Of a stretch of DNA of 64,000 nt, positions 1 to 11,333 are shown piece by piece. The stretch covers positions 21,204,001 to 21,268,000 of the forward strand of contig OX597829.1 in NCBI GenBank assembly GCA_951406725.2, given 5' to 3'. Made by a program: the position numbers and the translations under genes. Numbering within the stretch: position 1 is the first letter of the stretch; every line of letters begins with the position of its first letter. Origin of the DNA: Octopus vulgaris. Its lineage: Eukaryota. The notes under the pieces are model-generated. The model saw only the letters and a program-made list of their open reading frames with translations. It was not told the origin of the DNA and did no database searches.

Positions 1-56
<56 letters not shown>

Positions 57-137
57 ATAATATTAGGGAGTAAATCCAAACTTACAGGGAAAAATTAGAT
101 TTAGGATTAAATCTAATTTTATAGTATAAATATATAT

Positions 138-330
138 TATATTAAATTAGAGATAAAACCACTATTAGGCAAATCAAACAGTGGAAATCATAAGCCAATA
201 CATAGAAATAAAATTAATAAAAAAAAAAATAAAATATAAAATATAAAATATAAAAAATATAAAATTCCAAATTAAAATATTTAAATTAAAGTTAAAATTT
301 TAAAAATTATTTAAATAATTTAAACTTATA

Positions 331-370
<40 letters not shown>

Positions 371-670
371 TATTATTATTTTATTTATTTATTTATATAT
401 TTTTAAAAATTATATAACTATCAAAAAGTATTAAAAGTTTAATATAAGATAAAGAATAATATATATATATATATATATATTTAAAATTTATAAGTTTAAA
501 TTATTTAAATAATTTTTAAAATCTTAACTTTAATTTAAATATTTTAATTTGGAATTTAATATTTTTTATATTTTATATTTTATATTTTTTTAAAATTAAT
601 TTTATTTCTATGTATTGGCTTATGATTTTCACTGTTTGATTTGCCTAATAGTGGTTTTATCTCTAATTTA

Positions 671-674
<4 letters not shown>
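138..674. repeat. long AT-rich inverted repeat, probable Penelope-like element terminus
   Basis: About 138-337 is the near-exact reverse complement of about 482-674 (gataaaaccactattaggcaaatcaaacagtg vs cactgtttgatttgcctaatagtggttttatc). The spacer contains (TA)n. Confidence 0.8.
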
Positions 675-719
<45 letters not shown>

Positions 720-1184
720 ATATATACATAAATATATATAAAGAGTAAGTGGAGCTCTCCAGCCTTGTAAGGTAATTAATTCCCCTAGGAGAAGGGGTCC
801 CCCCAACATAAAACCTACAGTTTGCTGGTCACTGCAGCTGCTTTAACCTGGTGAGAGTCACTGTGGTCAGACCTCTAAGTCTAAATAGTTGGATCTGATT
901 GCATGGACTAACCCTTGCTTTAAAACTACTAAGTGCAGGCAGGAAGAAAAACCCTGCAACATCTAGGATCAGTTTACAAACCCACTCAGGAGCATGTAAC
1001 TCTTTCTCATCAACTTTGAACTCAAAGAAACTGCCATCATTAACATATATGATGTAGTCAATACATACAATAAACTCTAATTATTTAATTTGTAAGCTGA
1101 TAGCTTTTGTTTTGTTATTCAGAGTATCTGCATGCATATTTTCTATTAAACAAGAAATTTTAGTTTATGTTTTACATTTTTTTA

Positions 1185-1535
1185 TCCTTTATTTGTTTCA
1201 GTCAATGGACTGTAGCCATACAGGGGTACAGCCTTGAAGTGAACAAACTAGCCCCAGTATTTATGCTTTAAGTCTACTGTTTATTCTATTGGTCTTTCTT
1301 GCTAAGTTACAGAGGCAGTAAACAAACCAACACCTGTTGTCAAGTGGTGTTGGTGGTGGTTGTGGTGGGGGAAGGAGGTCACAAACACAAAGATGTACAT
1401 ACATACATACATGCAGAAACCAATGATTGGCCCAGAGGCCCAGATTTTGATATGAGGTATTTGTGCAAGATGTCACACAGTGAGACTAAACCCCAACCAT
1501 GTGGTTGCAAAGAGAGCTTCTTAACCACACAGCTA
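1185..1535 (-). mobile_element. tRNA-derived SINE family A, degenerate copy
   Basis: Diverged match to the family-A blocks (tgtttcagtca...ttgtcaagtggt...ttaaccacacagc). Confidence 0.7.
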
Positions 1536-1678
1536 AAAAAAATAGGGTAAAGAAAAAAAAATTTTTGATGTTATTTATTTCTTATTTGCCTTTTGAAGGG
1601 AGAAAAAAATAACTAAGTCAATGGAAGACTTGATATATAAAAAAAAAAGCAAAGCTGACAAAAGTGTGTGCACACACA

Positions 1679-1718
<40 letters not shown>

Positions 1719-1756
1719 GGCAACAAAATTACAATATTGCAATAACAGAAACATAC

Positions 1757-1771
1757 CTTCCTATACTTTGC
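1757..1771 (-). CDS. FCHSD2: candidate 15-nt microexon of FCHSD2/nwk, encoding (K)QSIG(R/S)
   Basis: Minus strand reads tttcatttttccatttcatgcttactag|GCAAAGTATAGGAAG|gtatgt: pyrimidine tract, AG, strong donor, length a multiple of 3, no stop in phase 2-2. No homology support. Confidence 0.5.
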
Positions 1772-2900
1772 CTAGTAAGCATGAAATGGAAAAATGAAAC
1801 GTATTCAAATAGTTTTTTTTTTTTTTTTTCAGATATGTAATTAATACAATTGAAAATACATAAATAGATTAATATAAGCCATCAGCAAATTTTATAAGAT
1901 TTTAACTTCCTGTAAAAATAGTTTCTTTTATGAAAAATAAATAAATAAATAACTAGAAAAAAAAGAAGATTTAATATACAAAAACACCTAAAAATTTGAT
2001 AAAATATAAAGATTTAAAATGAAACAATTGCTTTCTGACATAAGCACAAAGCTAGAAATACTGGGGGTGGAGAGGCAGAGGATATTCATTAGATCAACAC
2101 CAGAAGGATATATAGTAAAGCTGGTCTTGCTGGGATTTGAACCCTGAACATAAAGGGCCATAACTAAATACTACTAAGCACCACATAAAGAGCACCCATG
2201 CTGGTGTCACATGCAGAGCACCCAGCACTATGTGAAAAGGACCTGGTACACTCTGTAAGGTAGTTGGCGTTAGGAATGGCATCCAACTGTAGAAATCATG
2301 CCAAAGCACACAGCTAAAGTCTGGTGCCCCAGTCAAACCGTCCAACCCATGCTAGCAAGGAAAACATGTTAAATAATGATAATAATTGAGAGGTGAAGCA
2401 TGAAAGAAGGAAAGAGGTGATGGTCACAATCTCAAATGCAAGTGTCATGAGAAGCAAGAATTTCTCTGTCAATCAAAGTATTAATCAATATGCATCGAAA
2501 ATATCTTTTTACCCCCATCTGCCAGATGCTAAGAGGCTTTGCTATACTACTGCAAATACTCTAAGAATTTCATCAATCTGAAAATTGTTATTCAAAATAT
2601 TGTTCCTTGAAGTTAGTAAAATCAGTAAAATATAGTTTACAAGTTTCAACTGTTTGAGTGCAATTGCTATTTTTAAAAAGAAATAGCAAAATCTAACACA
2701 AAAGAACAAGAAAAAAAAAACTATTATTAAATAATGAAATTCAATAGAATAAATATGGTTATTGAACAGGGAAATCTTTTAGAAGATTTGTCTTGCTATA
2801 AATCATCATAATACAAGATCCCTAATGTTTCACAGTAAAAGAATATTCTATGACTAACTTAAAATTCTAACTAATTCAACTTTAAATTTCATCTTTTAAT

Positions 2901-3620
2901 GTGTTTGAAGAGCCTACAATTCAACCTGGAAAAATCATTCTACTTCCACTCCATATCAAACTTGGCATTGTGAAGCAGTTTGTTAAAGCTCTGAATAAAA
3001 ATGGACTATGCTTTCACTTTCTGGGCAACAGGAAAACAACCAACTATGCCAAAACAGTCAGCGGCATACTGGAGAACTTCCAAAAGTTGGGGGCAAATAT
3101 GAACATAAAGCTGCACTATCTCAACAGTCGCCTTGATAATTTCCCCAAAAATTTTGGTGACACAAGTGACAAGCAGGGAGAACATTTCCATCAAAGCATA
3201 AAAATCAATGGCACAAAGATATCACGGCACATGAGACTTGCAGACTATAACTGGAACTTAGCTTGTGATCTTCCTGAGGTTCAACACCCAATACAAATTC
3301 ATGAGAAATTAAGCATAAACATTGACATAATTTGACTGTAGACATTTTAAGATTTTAACTAGCTTTTTCAGCAGAATTAAAAAAAACATTCTGGTTTTGA
3401 GGAAAAACCAATTTCTATGCATCTTTATATGTTATGCCTTGTACTTTAGAAACTATTTCATTGAAAAAACAATGAAATTCTAGGATCAAATGTCTTGAAA
3501 ATCTTGATATAATGGTAATACATGGATGACATTTTTGGATTTTGTGTATCAAAAAACCCCTAGTTCAGGTCCAAATTTTATAACAACAGGAGAAAAAAAG
3601 ATTTTTTTATTGGTTCATGT
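2901..3620 (+). mobile_element. decayed DNA-transposon transposase fragment, Chapaev3-like (CMC superfamily)
   Basis: ORF 2901-3335 has LLPLHIKLGIVKQFVKAL, FLGN, LGANMNIKLHYL, LDNFPKNFGDTSDKQGEHFHQ and ADYNW motifs, with an internal deletion and a frameshift. Family assignment is from memory. Confidence 0.75.
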
Positions 3621-4319
3621 TATTTATTACTATAAAAATATGGAACAACCTAGAAGAACAATGGATAAAATAACTCAGTGTTCAGTTACATCTCTTTATG
3701 TTCCCATTCTGAATTCCACTGAGATTGATGTTGTCTTTTGGGAGTTGATAAAATTAGTACAAGACAGGTCCTGGGTTTGATTTTATAGCCTGTATACTAC
3801 CTCCAAATTTGTAGCCTTGTGCCCATGTTTAAAACCATGATCATGAAAGAAATTACTATTTTCAAAATGTTAGCAATTTTCATATTTATTAAGAAAGATT
3901 TTAACTCCTTGCATTTCTCTCTCCCTCTTTTTCTTTCACCCTCTTTCTCTTTTATTTTTCCTAGTTTTCTTTCCTATTTTTCAGGAACATGTGTTTTATG
4001 TTTGTGTATGTGTTTGTCTGAGTGTGTCTATTTCTGTATTTATCTACATACCTCTTTATAACATCAAGCTGACCATCAGTATTTTTTACATATGCATGCA
4101 TGTATGTGTATATATATATATATATATATATACATATGCACATAATATATACATTTCATCATGATATGATAGTATATTCAATTTCTAATTCAAAGAACAA
4201 ACAGTTAATTACTAATCAATTCCCATGACTACCACCAATACCATCATATAATACGATATACTCCAACACTTCAATACTCAAGGGCTCAAATTATATTGAT
4301 ACAAAGCAAAGATACTTAC

Positions 4320-4405
4320 TTATGTTCTTTACCATCTTCACTTGGAATGTCTGGTGGCAGAACTATGTCTTTCTTCAGGAGGGATGATGTTAATTTCAGC
4401 AATGA
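4320..4405 (-). CDS. FCHSD2: FCHSD2/nwk coding exon (exon 4 equivalent), F-BAR domain
   Basis: 86-nt exon, acceptor cc(t)15cag, donor AA|gtaagt. Only phase 0 is open: SLLKLTSSLLKKDIVLPPDIPSEDGKEH. It aligns positionally with GMQKLASQYLKRDWPGVKADDRNDYR and ends in phase 2. Confidence 0.85.
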
Positions 4406-4599
4406 CTGAAAAAAAAAAAAAAAGGAATCGTTATGAGCTTGTCTTCTTAAGTCTTCTACTATAATTCCATTCACATTTAGGATGACTTACAAAAATAAAA
4501 AGAAAAGAAGAAAAAAATCTGGCACTCCATTGGTTATGACGATGAGTGTTTCAGTTGATTTGATCAATGGAACAGCCTGCTCATGAAATTTATGAGCAA

Positions 4600-5030
4600 G
4601 GCATAGGAGTGGCTGTGTGGTAAGTAGCTTGCTTACGAACCACATGGTTCCGGGTTCAGTCCCACTGTGTGGCACCTTGGGCAAGTGTCTTCTGTTATAA
4701 CCTCGGGCCCACCAAAGCCTTGTGAGTGGATTTGGTAAGCGGAAACTAAAAGAAGCCCGTCGTATATATATGTGTATGTATGTATGTATGTATGTATGTA
4801 TGTATGTATGTATGTATGTATGTTTGTATATGTTTGTGTGTCTGTGTTTGTCCTCCCAACATCGCTTGACAACCGACGCTGGTGTGTTTACGTCCCCGTA
4901 ACTTAGCGTTTCAGCAAAAGAGACCGATAGAATAAGTACTAGGCTTACAAAGGATAAGTCCTGGGGTCAATTTGCTTGACTAAAAGCGGAGCTCCAGCAT
5001 GGCCGCAGTCAAATGACTGAAACAAGAGTA
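4600..5030 (+). mobile_element. SINE family A, full length, nested in a minus-strand family-C SINE (about 4520-5245)
   Basis: tRNA-like head (gtggctgtgtggtaag ... ggttcagtccc), CORE-like ggcaccttgggcaagtg, internal (TATG)n and gactgaaacaag tail. The flanks join into one family-C copy. Confidence 0.85.
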
Positions 5031-5391
5031 AGTGGCTGAGCACTCCACAGATACACATACCTTTAATGTGGTTCTCATGGAGATTCAGAAAATGACAAGG
5101 CTGACCCTTTGAAATACAGGTGCAACTCACTTTAGCCAGCTGAATAAACTATAGCAAGGTGAAATAAAGTTTCTTGCCCAAGGATACAGTGTGCTGCTGG
5201 GTATTGAACTTATAACTTTATGATCATGAGCTGAATACCCTAATTTCTAAACCAAAGATAACAGACAACTGAATTTTCCAGATATCTGATCATCACTCTT
5301 TAAATAACTACTGCATCTTACAAACCTCATTAAGACTCTATTTACATTATTTACATTCGACAGATATTTGTCCTCATCTTGTTTGTTGTTA

Positions 5392-5435
5392 ACACAACGT
5401 TTCGGCTGATATACCCTGCAGCCTTCATCAGGTGT
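5392..5435 (-). ncRNA. minimal type I hammerhead ribozyme motif in a Penelope-like terminal repeat
   Basis: Minus strand: acac CTGATGA a ggctg-loop-cagcc GAAA cg tt gtgt. Helix I acac/gtgt, helix II ggctg/cagcc, palindromic ACGT helix III, GUU site. Confidence 0.7.
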
Positions 5436-5564
5436 CTTGGGGAAATTTCGAACCTGGGTTCTCATTCCTAAGGTATTCTTCGATGTTGTTGTTGTTGTTG
5501 TTCAGGTCACTGCTTGGAATCGAACTCAGAATCTTGGGGTTAGAAGCCTGCGCTCTTAACCACT

Positions 5565-5765
5565 ATGCCATATGCATTCAAATTAATCTTGTGGAACCTA
5601 CTTCATGGTGAAGTAAGAAGAGGAAAATGTATTTACACTTACAATGGCAGTATGATTGCAAACTCTGACCTGAAATGTATCCAAGATCTTGAGGCAGCGA
5701 TAATGGATCGAGAAATGTGGTGGGTGGACTTTGTTGCTGTGGCCCAAGTTGGAATCTGGCCATAA
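5565..5765 (+). mobile_element. RTE-clade LINE C-terminal remnant
   Basis: LILWNLLHGEVRRGK..YTY ... MDREMW resembles the RTE ORF end (LLW.P.HG.R.RGRP..TY ... M.DR..W). Confidence 0.55.
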
Positions 5766-6712
5766 TAATAAATTGCTACCATATTCTATAGTTAATCCCA
5801 GCAATAATGATGGAAGTTGGGTTTGGTGGTAGGAAAGTGATTGAAAGCAATTAAAGTATCCTATAAAATTGCTCATGGAAGTGTGTAGGGGAAGAAGTTA
5901 GTTTATATAGAGAATTGAAGATTGAGAAAGATTATGGTTCTATTCTGGCAGCATCAGTTGAAGAACCCAGAAGAATTGTGAACACTGAAAACATAAAAAA
6001 GGATGAATTTTTTTTTCTTTTGGTGAGTGATGAAACAAGCTATTAAATTTTTGATGCAGAAAGATATATGAGTTTGGATATCTTGAGATTGGATAGTAGT
6101 AGAGGAAGTTTAGGTATTTGGAGAAAGGAAATTTTAAGTGAGAGTAATCAGAATCATCGTTATTGGTATTTAGGTACTGATATCTAGGTGAAAGAGGTAA
6201 TGGAGATAGTGGAACCTACATATGTGACAGATACTATCTTTTGGAGTGAGATTTAAATACAGATTGTTGCTTGGACTGTAGAGACAGCCTAAGGATAAAG
6301 ATGAGAGATCTGTATCTTGGAGAGGAATAGCATATGTAGTTTCTGTGCTAGTTAAGAGGTGATGTGTTGGGAGAAGGAAGGTTACATTGGATTGGAGTCC
6401 ATGGATGTTGAAGAAGAGGAGTAGAATATTATCTAAAAGAAATCAAAGTGGGTGTGTTTATGGATGTCAGTTAATCTAAGGAGAAAGATGCTAGGTAGAG
6501 GGGAAGACTAAAGAGAATGATTTTTAACAACTGTAGTTGCTAAATCGTGAGTTGTATGGTGATTGTCAGCTTTCTTTTGATTTGAATATGAAAAAATTGT
6601 GTAAATTACAGTGGTAAATAAACTATTTTTTTTAATTGTATATTGTCCACCTTTTGTCATCTATAATAAAGCTTACTAACTTTCTACAATGGGCTCTTTG
6701 GATCATGCTAAC

Positions 6713-6754
<42 letters not shown>

Positions 6755-6817
6755 AATATGTGACCGCGTGTGTATCGTTGGCAATTTTCTTTCTCCGTCT
6801 CCCCTTCTTTTTCTATG

Positions 6818-6851
6818 TTTCTGACGAAGAGCTCCGCTCGAAATGTTAAAT
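6818..6851 (+). ncRNA. degenerate minimal hammerhead motif, Penelope-like terminal repeat
   Basis: ttt CTGACGA a gagc tcc gctc GAAA tg tt aaa. Helix III appears to carry a C-to-T change from gaaacgtt. Confidence 0.55.
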
Positions 6852-6949
6852 CCTCCTTCTTTCTTTCCTTTCCTGAGCTTCCAATAACACTATACTTATT
6901 CCACGTCCTCGCGTTGTTGTGTTTTCTCTTTGTGTTTTCATGTTTTGAT

Positions 6950-7024
<75 letters not shown>

Positions 7025-7280
7025 AAATATACATATACATATAAATTAAGATTCCGTTGAATTAGGTACTTAAATGATGCACCCAAATAATATCAATTGA
7101 ATACTGAATATCAAAACTCCATGAAGGGGTGTTTGTACCTGATATTCCTGTTATGTGTGTAGACAATGCAACCCAAGTAAGTGAAGATATCTGCTCTTGG
7201 TAATTCAGATAAGTAGTTTTTTATAAATGTACTTTCTATAGTATTTCCGAAGTGCAGATTCCAAGTTAGGTGAATAAAGT

Positions 7281-7966
7281 ATAAATGAGTAACAAAGATG
7301 TACAGGTGTCAATTCATTATGGACATTTCAAGTGACTCTTTTGATTGGTTAATGAAATACATCATTTGAAAGAAACCGTTCTCATCAGATGACAGCATAG
7401 ACTTCAAACGTAGAGGATACAGACATTTCCATAGAATATTCACATCAACAACAAAACTCAAAATATTTACTTTGTTTCTTTTGTCAAATCTGTGGCAGAA
7501 TGAGTTTAGAAAATAATGCATACCTTGTAAAGTCTATTAGATTGTCTGATATGAATTGATTTTTTACCGTTAACTGGAATACAGTTGACAATGGATTTAA
7601 TTTTAAATGGTTGAAGGTACAATCTACATAAAATCTTCTAAGTGTAAGTAACTAGGTCACCACTCTTTTTATCTTGACCCCCCAGCTATTTCCTCCGCTA
7701 CTCTCTAAATTATAATAGACTTGACAAGTTATGCATTATTTCCTAAACTCATTCTGCCACAAATATGACAAAAGAAACAATGTAAATATTTTGAGTTCCA
7801 TTATTGATGTGAATATGTTAAGGAAATTGTTGTATTCCTTATGTTTGAAGACTATGTGGTCATCTGACGAGAATGGTTTCTTTCAAATGATGTAATGTTT
7901 TCATTAATCAATTTAAGGAGTCACTTGAAACGGCTGTAATGAATTGACACCTATACATTTTTCTTA

Positions 7967-7972
<6 letters not shown>
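7281..7972. repeat. diverged inverted repeat (arms about 7281-7539 and 7713-7972), Penelope-like element ends
   Basis: tgtggcagaatgagtttag vs ctaaactcattctgccaca and ggtgtcaattcatta vs taatgaattgacacc. Each arm contains a hammerhead core. Confidence 0.8.
7861..7941 (+). ncRNA. type I hammerhead motif with long helix II (degenerate mirror copy at 7315-7391, minus strand)
   Basis: cat CTGACGA gaatggtttctt...aaggagtcactt GAAA cggctg TA atg. Helix I cat/atg, near-palindromic helix III, GUA site. Confidence 0.6.
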
Positions 7973-8006
<34 letters not shown>

Positions 8007-8014
<8 letters not shown>

Positions 8015-8340
8015 TATTGGTGAATTGAAGAAATGGAGCTGAACGAAGATTGAACAGAAATCGTTTTATTTCATTCTACACGTGTTTCGAAAGGCACAAT
8101 TTACCAAAATCCGATTGAATAATGAGACCATATTGTGTCTTTCTCTTCAGGAAGAAATAGGAAATCCGTTGGAAAAAACAAATTTCCTATTTCTTCCTGA
8201 AGAGAAAGACACAATATGGTCTCATTATTCAATCGGATTTTGGTAAATTGTGCCTTTCGAAACACGTGTAGAATGAAATAAAACGATTTCTGTTCAATCT
8301 TCGTTCAGCTCCATTTCTTCAATTCACCAATAATATTTTA
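8007..8340. repeat. perfect palindrome, 159-bp arms with 16-nt loop (Penelope-like inverted termini)
   Basis: 8007-8165 is the exact reverse complement of 8182-8340, checked by eye. Confidence 0.95.
8194..8273 (+). ncRNA. type I hammerhead ribozyme motif (identical mirror copy 8074-8153 on minus strand)
   Basis: ttc CTGAAGA gaaagacacaat...attgtgcctttc GAAA cacgtg TA gaa. Helix II 11/12 paired, palindromic ACACGTGT helix III, GUA site, helix I ttc/gaa. Confidence 0.75.
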
Positions 8341-8486
8341 ATTTCAATTATCCGCACCAACGCACGGTTGCAACACCATATGGTTGTACCTCCAACCGTG
8401 CTGTCTTCTGCTGTGATTTTTGCTACCAAGGTATCGGTTAAACTTTTGATTAATCTGCTACAAGATTATTCATCTTTCTATTTCAC

Positions 8487-8546
<60 letters not shown>

Positions 8547-8789
8547 TAGTTATGCAGGTAGGTTTTATACAAAATATACATACATATATATATAAAATAT
8601 GGGGGTTTAGTTCACAGGTGATCTATACAACTAGGTATTCTGGGTAAGTGCTGTAAACAGATTACGAGGGTTCCAAGCTCATAGCTGAGACAGGAGTTGT
8701 GGAACCATTATAGATTTCTGGTATAGTGGATATATATTTGTTAAAAAGGACAACAAACACTGAGGCAAGACAAACATCTCAAGTCATAT

Positions 8790-8971
8790 ACTCTTTTACT
8801 CTTTTACTTGTTTCAGTCATTTGACTGTGGCCATGCTGGAGCACCGCCTTTAGTCGACCAAATCGACCCCAAGGACTTATTCTTTGTAAGCCTAGTACTT
8901 ATTCTATTGGTCTCTTTTGCCAAACCGCTAAGTTACGGGGACGTAAACACACCAGCATCGGTTGTCAAGCG
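8790..8971 (-). mobile_element. SINE family A, 3' half, inserted into a Penelope-like fragment
   Basis: tactcttttacttgtttcagtcatttgactgtggccatgctggagcaccgcc...ggttgtcaagcg. Confidence 0.85.
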
Positions 8972-9377
8972 TTATTATTATTAGAAAAATTAGTCTTACA
9001 GCTGTTTCTGGGATATCCTAAAATATGGGATATTCCAACATTGGAGACAAATAGGGAAAATGTGAAGGGTACAGATTAAGGAAATGATGAAATAAAGGAC
9101 TGGAGGAAAAAAGGAAAGCAGAAGCATAGCTAGAAATATTTCTATTGCTACTGACCTTAGCTATAAAATGGACACAAACACTACTTGACGACCTGCCCCA
9201 ACCCCTAAAAACTAGAAGAACAGCACTGGCATCTACTATACCCTTTATATCCTCTAGCTGATCATATCACCACAACTTGTAATGGTTTGGGGCAAGAACG
9301 GGGCATTTGTTTGTGGTATGGGCAATGGTTTAAACCACTCTATTACAGATGTAGCACAGTGGAGACATTTGCTTCAT

Positions 9378-9729
9378 CTGAACGTGTTTGTTACCAGGCC
9401 TGCTTTACTGGCTCTGGTGCTGGTGGCACATAAAAAGCACCAACTGAATGTGACCAATGCCAGTACCCCCTGACTGGCTCCTGTGTTGGTGGCATGCAAA
9501 AAACACCATCCGAACATGATCATTGCCAGGCTCGCTTTACTGGCTCCTGAACTGGTGGCAAGTAAAAAGCACCTACTGTGCTCTCGGCGTGGTTGGCGTT
9601 AGGAAAGGCATCCAGCTGTAGAAATACTGCCAGACCAGATTGGGGCCTGGTGCAGCTACTGGCTCTCCAGACCTCAGTCAAACCGTCCAACCCACGCCAG
9701 CATGGAAAACGGACATTAATCGATGATGA

Positions 9730-9731
<2 letters not shown>
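9378..9731 (+). mobile_element. RTE LINE 3' UTR fragment with tandem units and (GAT)n tail
   Basis: ggtggcacataaaaagcacc units followed by ggttggcgttaggaaaggcatccagctgtag...ggacattaatcgatgatgat, as at the end of the RT-bearing copies. Confidence 0.75.
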
Positions 9732-9778
<47 letters not shown>

Positions 9779-11111
9779 CATCATCATCAAGGCAGAGAGC
9801 TGGTAGAATCATCAGCATGCTGGATGAAATGCTTAGCAGTATTTCGCTCATCACTATATTTCCGGGTTCAAATTATGCCATGGTCGACTTTGCCTTTCAT
9901 CATTATTAATCTCACTCCTGCATCAAAGGATTTTGTATATCATTATTATAACAACAAAAACAACAACAAAGACAATAATTACTGCTGTTTTAACTATTCC
10001 TTCTGTCTGCTGTTGCTAGCAAAACTACAGTATCTAATTAATTCCAGTTAACAAGTGATTTGTCTAATTATTTATAATCACAAAAAGTACAGCACGTAAA
10101 ACCAATTTTGCACTGATTAAATCTGTTAATAGTAACATTTATACATAACAAGAAATTATGCTAAGTTAATCTATTTTCCTCTTAAATTCAGTAAGCTAAC
10201 CAATAAGGAAACTTTCATGTGATCATCTAAGTTGCTTGAAATAGCAACCAAATATCCTTCAATTCACATTCTACAATGTTAGGGAAAAAGGTCAAGTTGA
10301 ATAATGTGTTCCAGGATGTACTGTATTACGTTTGACAGAAGAATAATCTGAATGCTAAGGAATTAATCATAAATCTAGTAAATCAAAGCTAACCCAGGGC
10401 CAAACAACAAAGCAAAGTAAACACCTTTGCTTTTTCTTCATAGATTAGATAGATTAGACGTATATCTGCTCATCTAACTGAATTACTAATTAACAACTGT
10501 GATGATACTCTCTTAGTTGAAAAACATGAAGACAGCAGCAGCTTGTTAGGCCACTATCTGAAACATCCTGAGTTGCTCACAAACCAAATATTTTTCTGTT
10601 TTGACCCATGGGAGAATGAACCATAGGGCCACAGTCAAAACACTGATGAGGAACAGTAGTATCACAATTTTTTATAAACTTAGGACACTGATGATGCTCT
10701 ATGTGACATGTCCATTCTTGTGCTCAATGCAAGCTATGGTCAATATTACGATGAAGATGATCACTATCATACCCATGTAATATGATAAAATAATAAAATT
10801 TAGGAATGGTGACTAACAACACTCAGTAGAATAACTACACTATCAAGAAAGCTTACAAAGCAAAAGAACACCAACTGATGTAGACAAAATCTCAAAAAGA
10901 ATAGGTATTACTAAATTATAGGTGTTTGATGCTATGTTCAAATATACCATTTGAATACTTATAAATATATCACTCCACTAGATGACAAAGTGCTCCAATA
11001 TTTAAGGCAGCGAGCTGGCAGAAATGTTAGCACATCGGGTGAAATGCTTAGCAGTATTTCGTCTGTCTTTACATTCTGAGTTCAAATTCTGCCAAAGTCA
11101 ACTTTGCCTTT

Positions 11112-11296
11112 CAGGGAATCGTAGTGGAGAAGATATGATATTGCTGTGGGCTCGCCCTAGGCAAAAAGATAAAAAAAAATTTGCCGGATGACACTCCCCG
11201 GACCCTAAGTAAGGCATGTGTGAAATTTGAATGAAATTGGTTGTGTAGTTCTCAAGTTTTAGGGAAACACACAGACAGACAGACACACATTCTCAG

Positions 11297-11310
<14 letters not shown>
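11112..11310 (-). mobile_element. non-autonomous Helitron-like 5' fragment
   Basis: Reverse complement starts tatatataaa...(ctgt)n followed by a aatttcattcaaatttcac block, like the complete copies at 18.5 and 36.7 kb. Confidence 0.5.

Positions 11311-11333
<23 letters not shown>

Noticed and set aside
2513-2577. Minus-strand segment bounded by tttcag and g|gtaaaa
   Set aside because: Stops in all three frames and no similarity to the expected next FCHSD exon.
5880-6600. Purine-rich stretch possibly derived from a Penelope coding region
   Set aside because: No motif could be translated convincingly; left unassigned.
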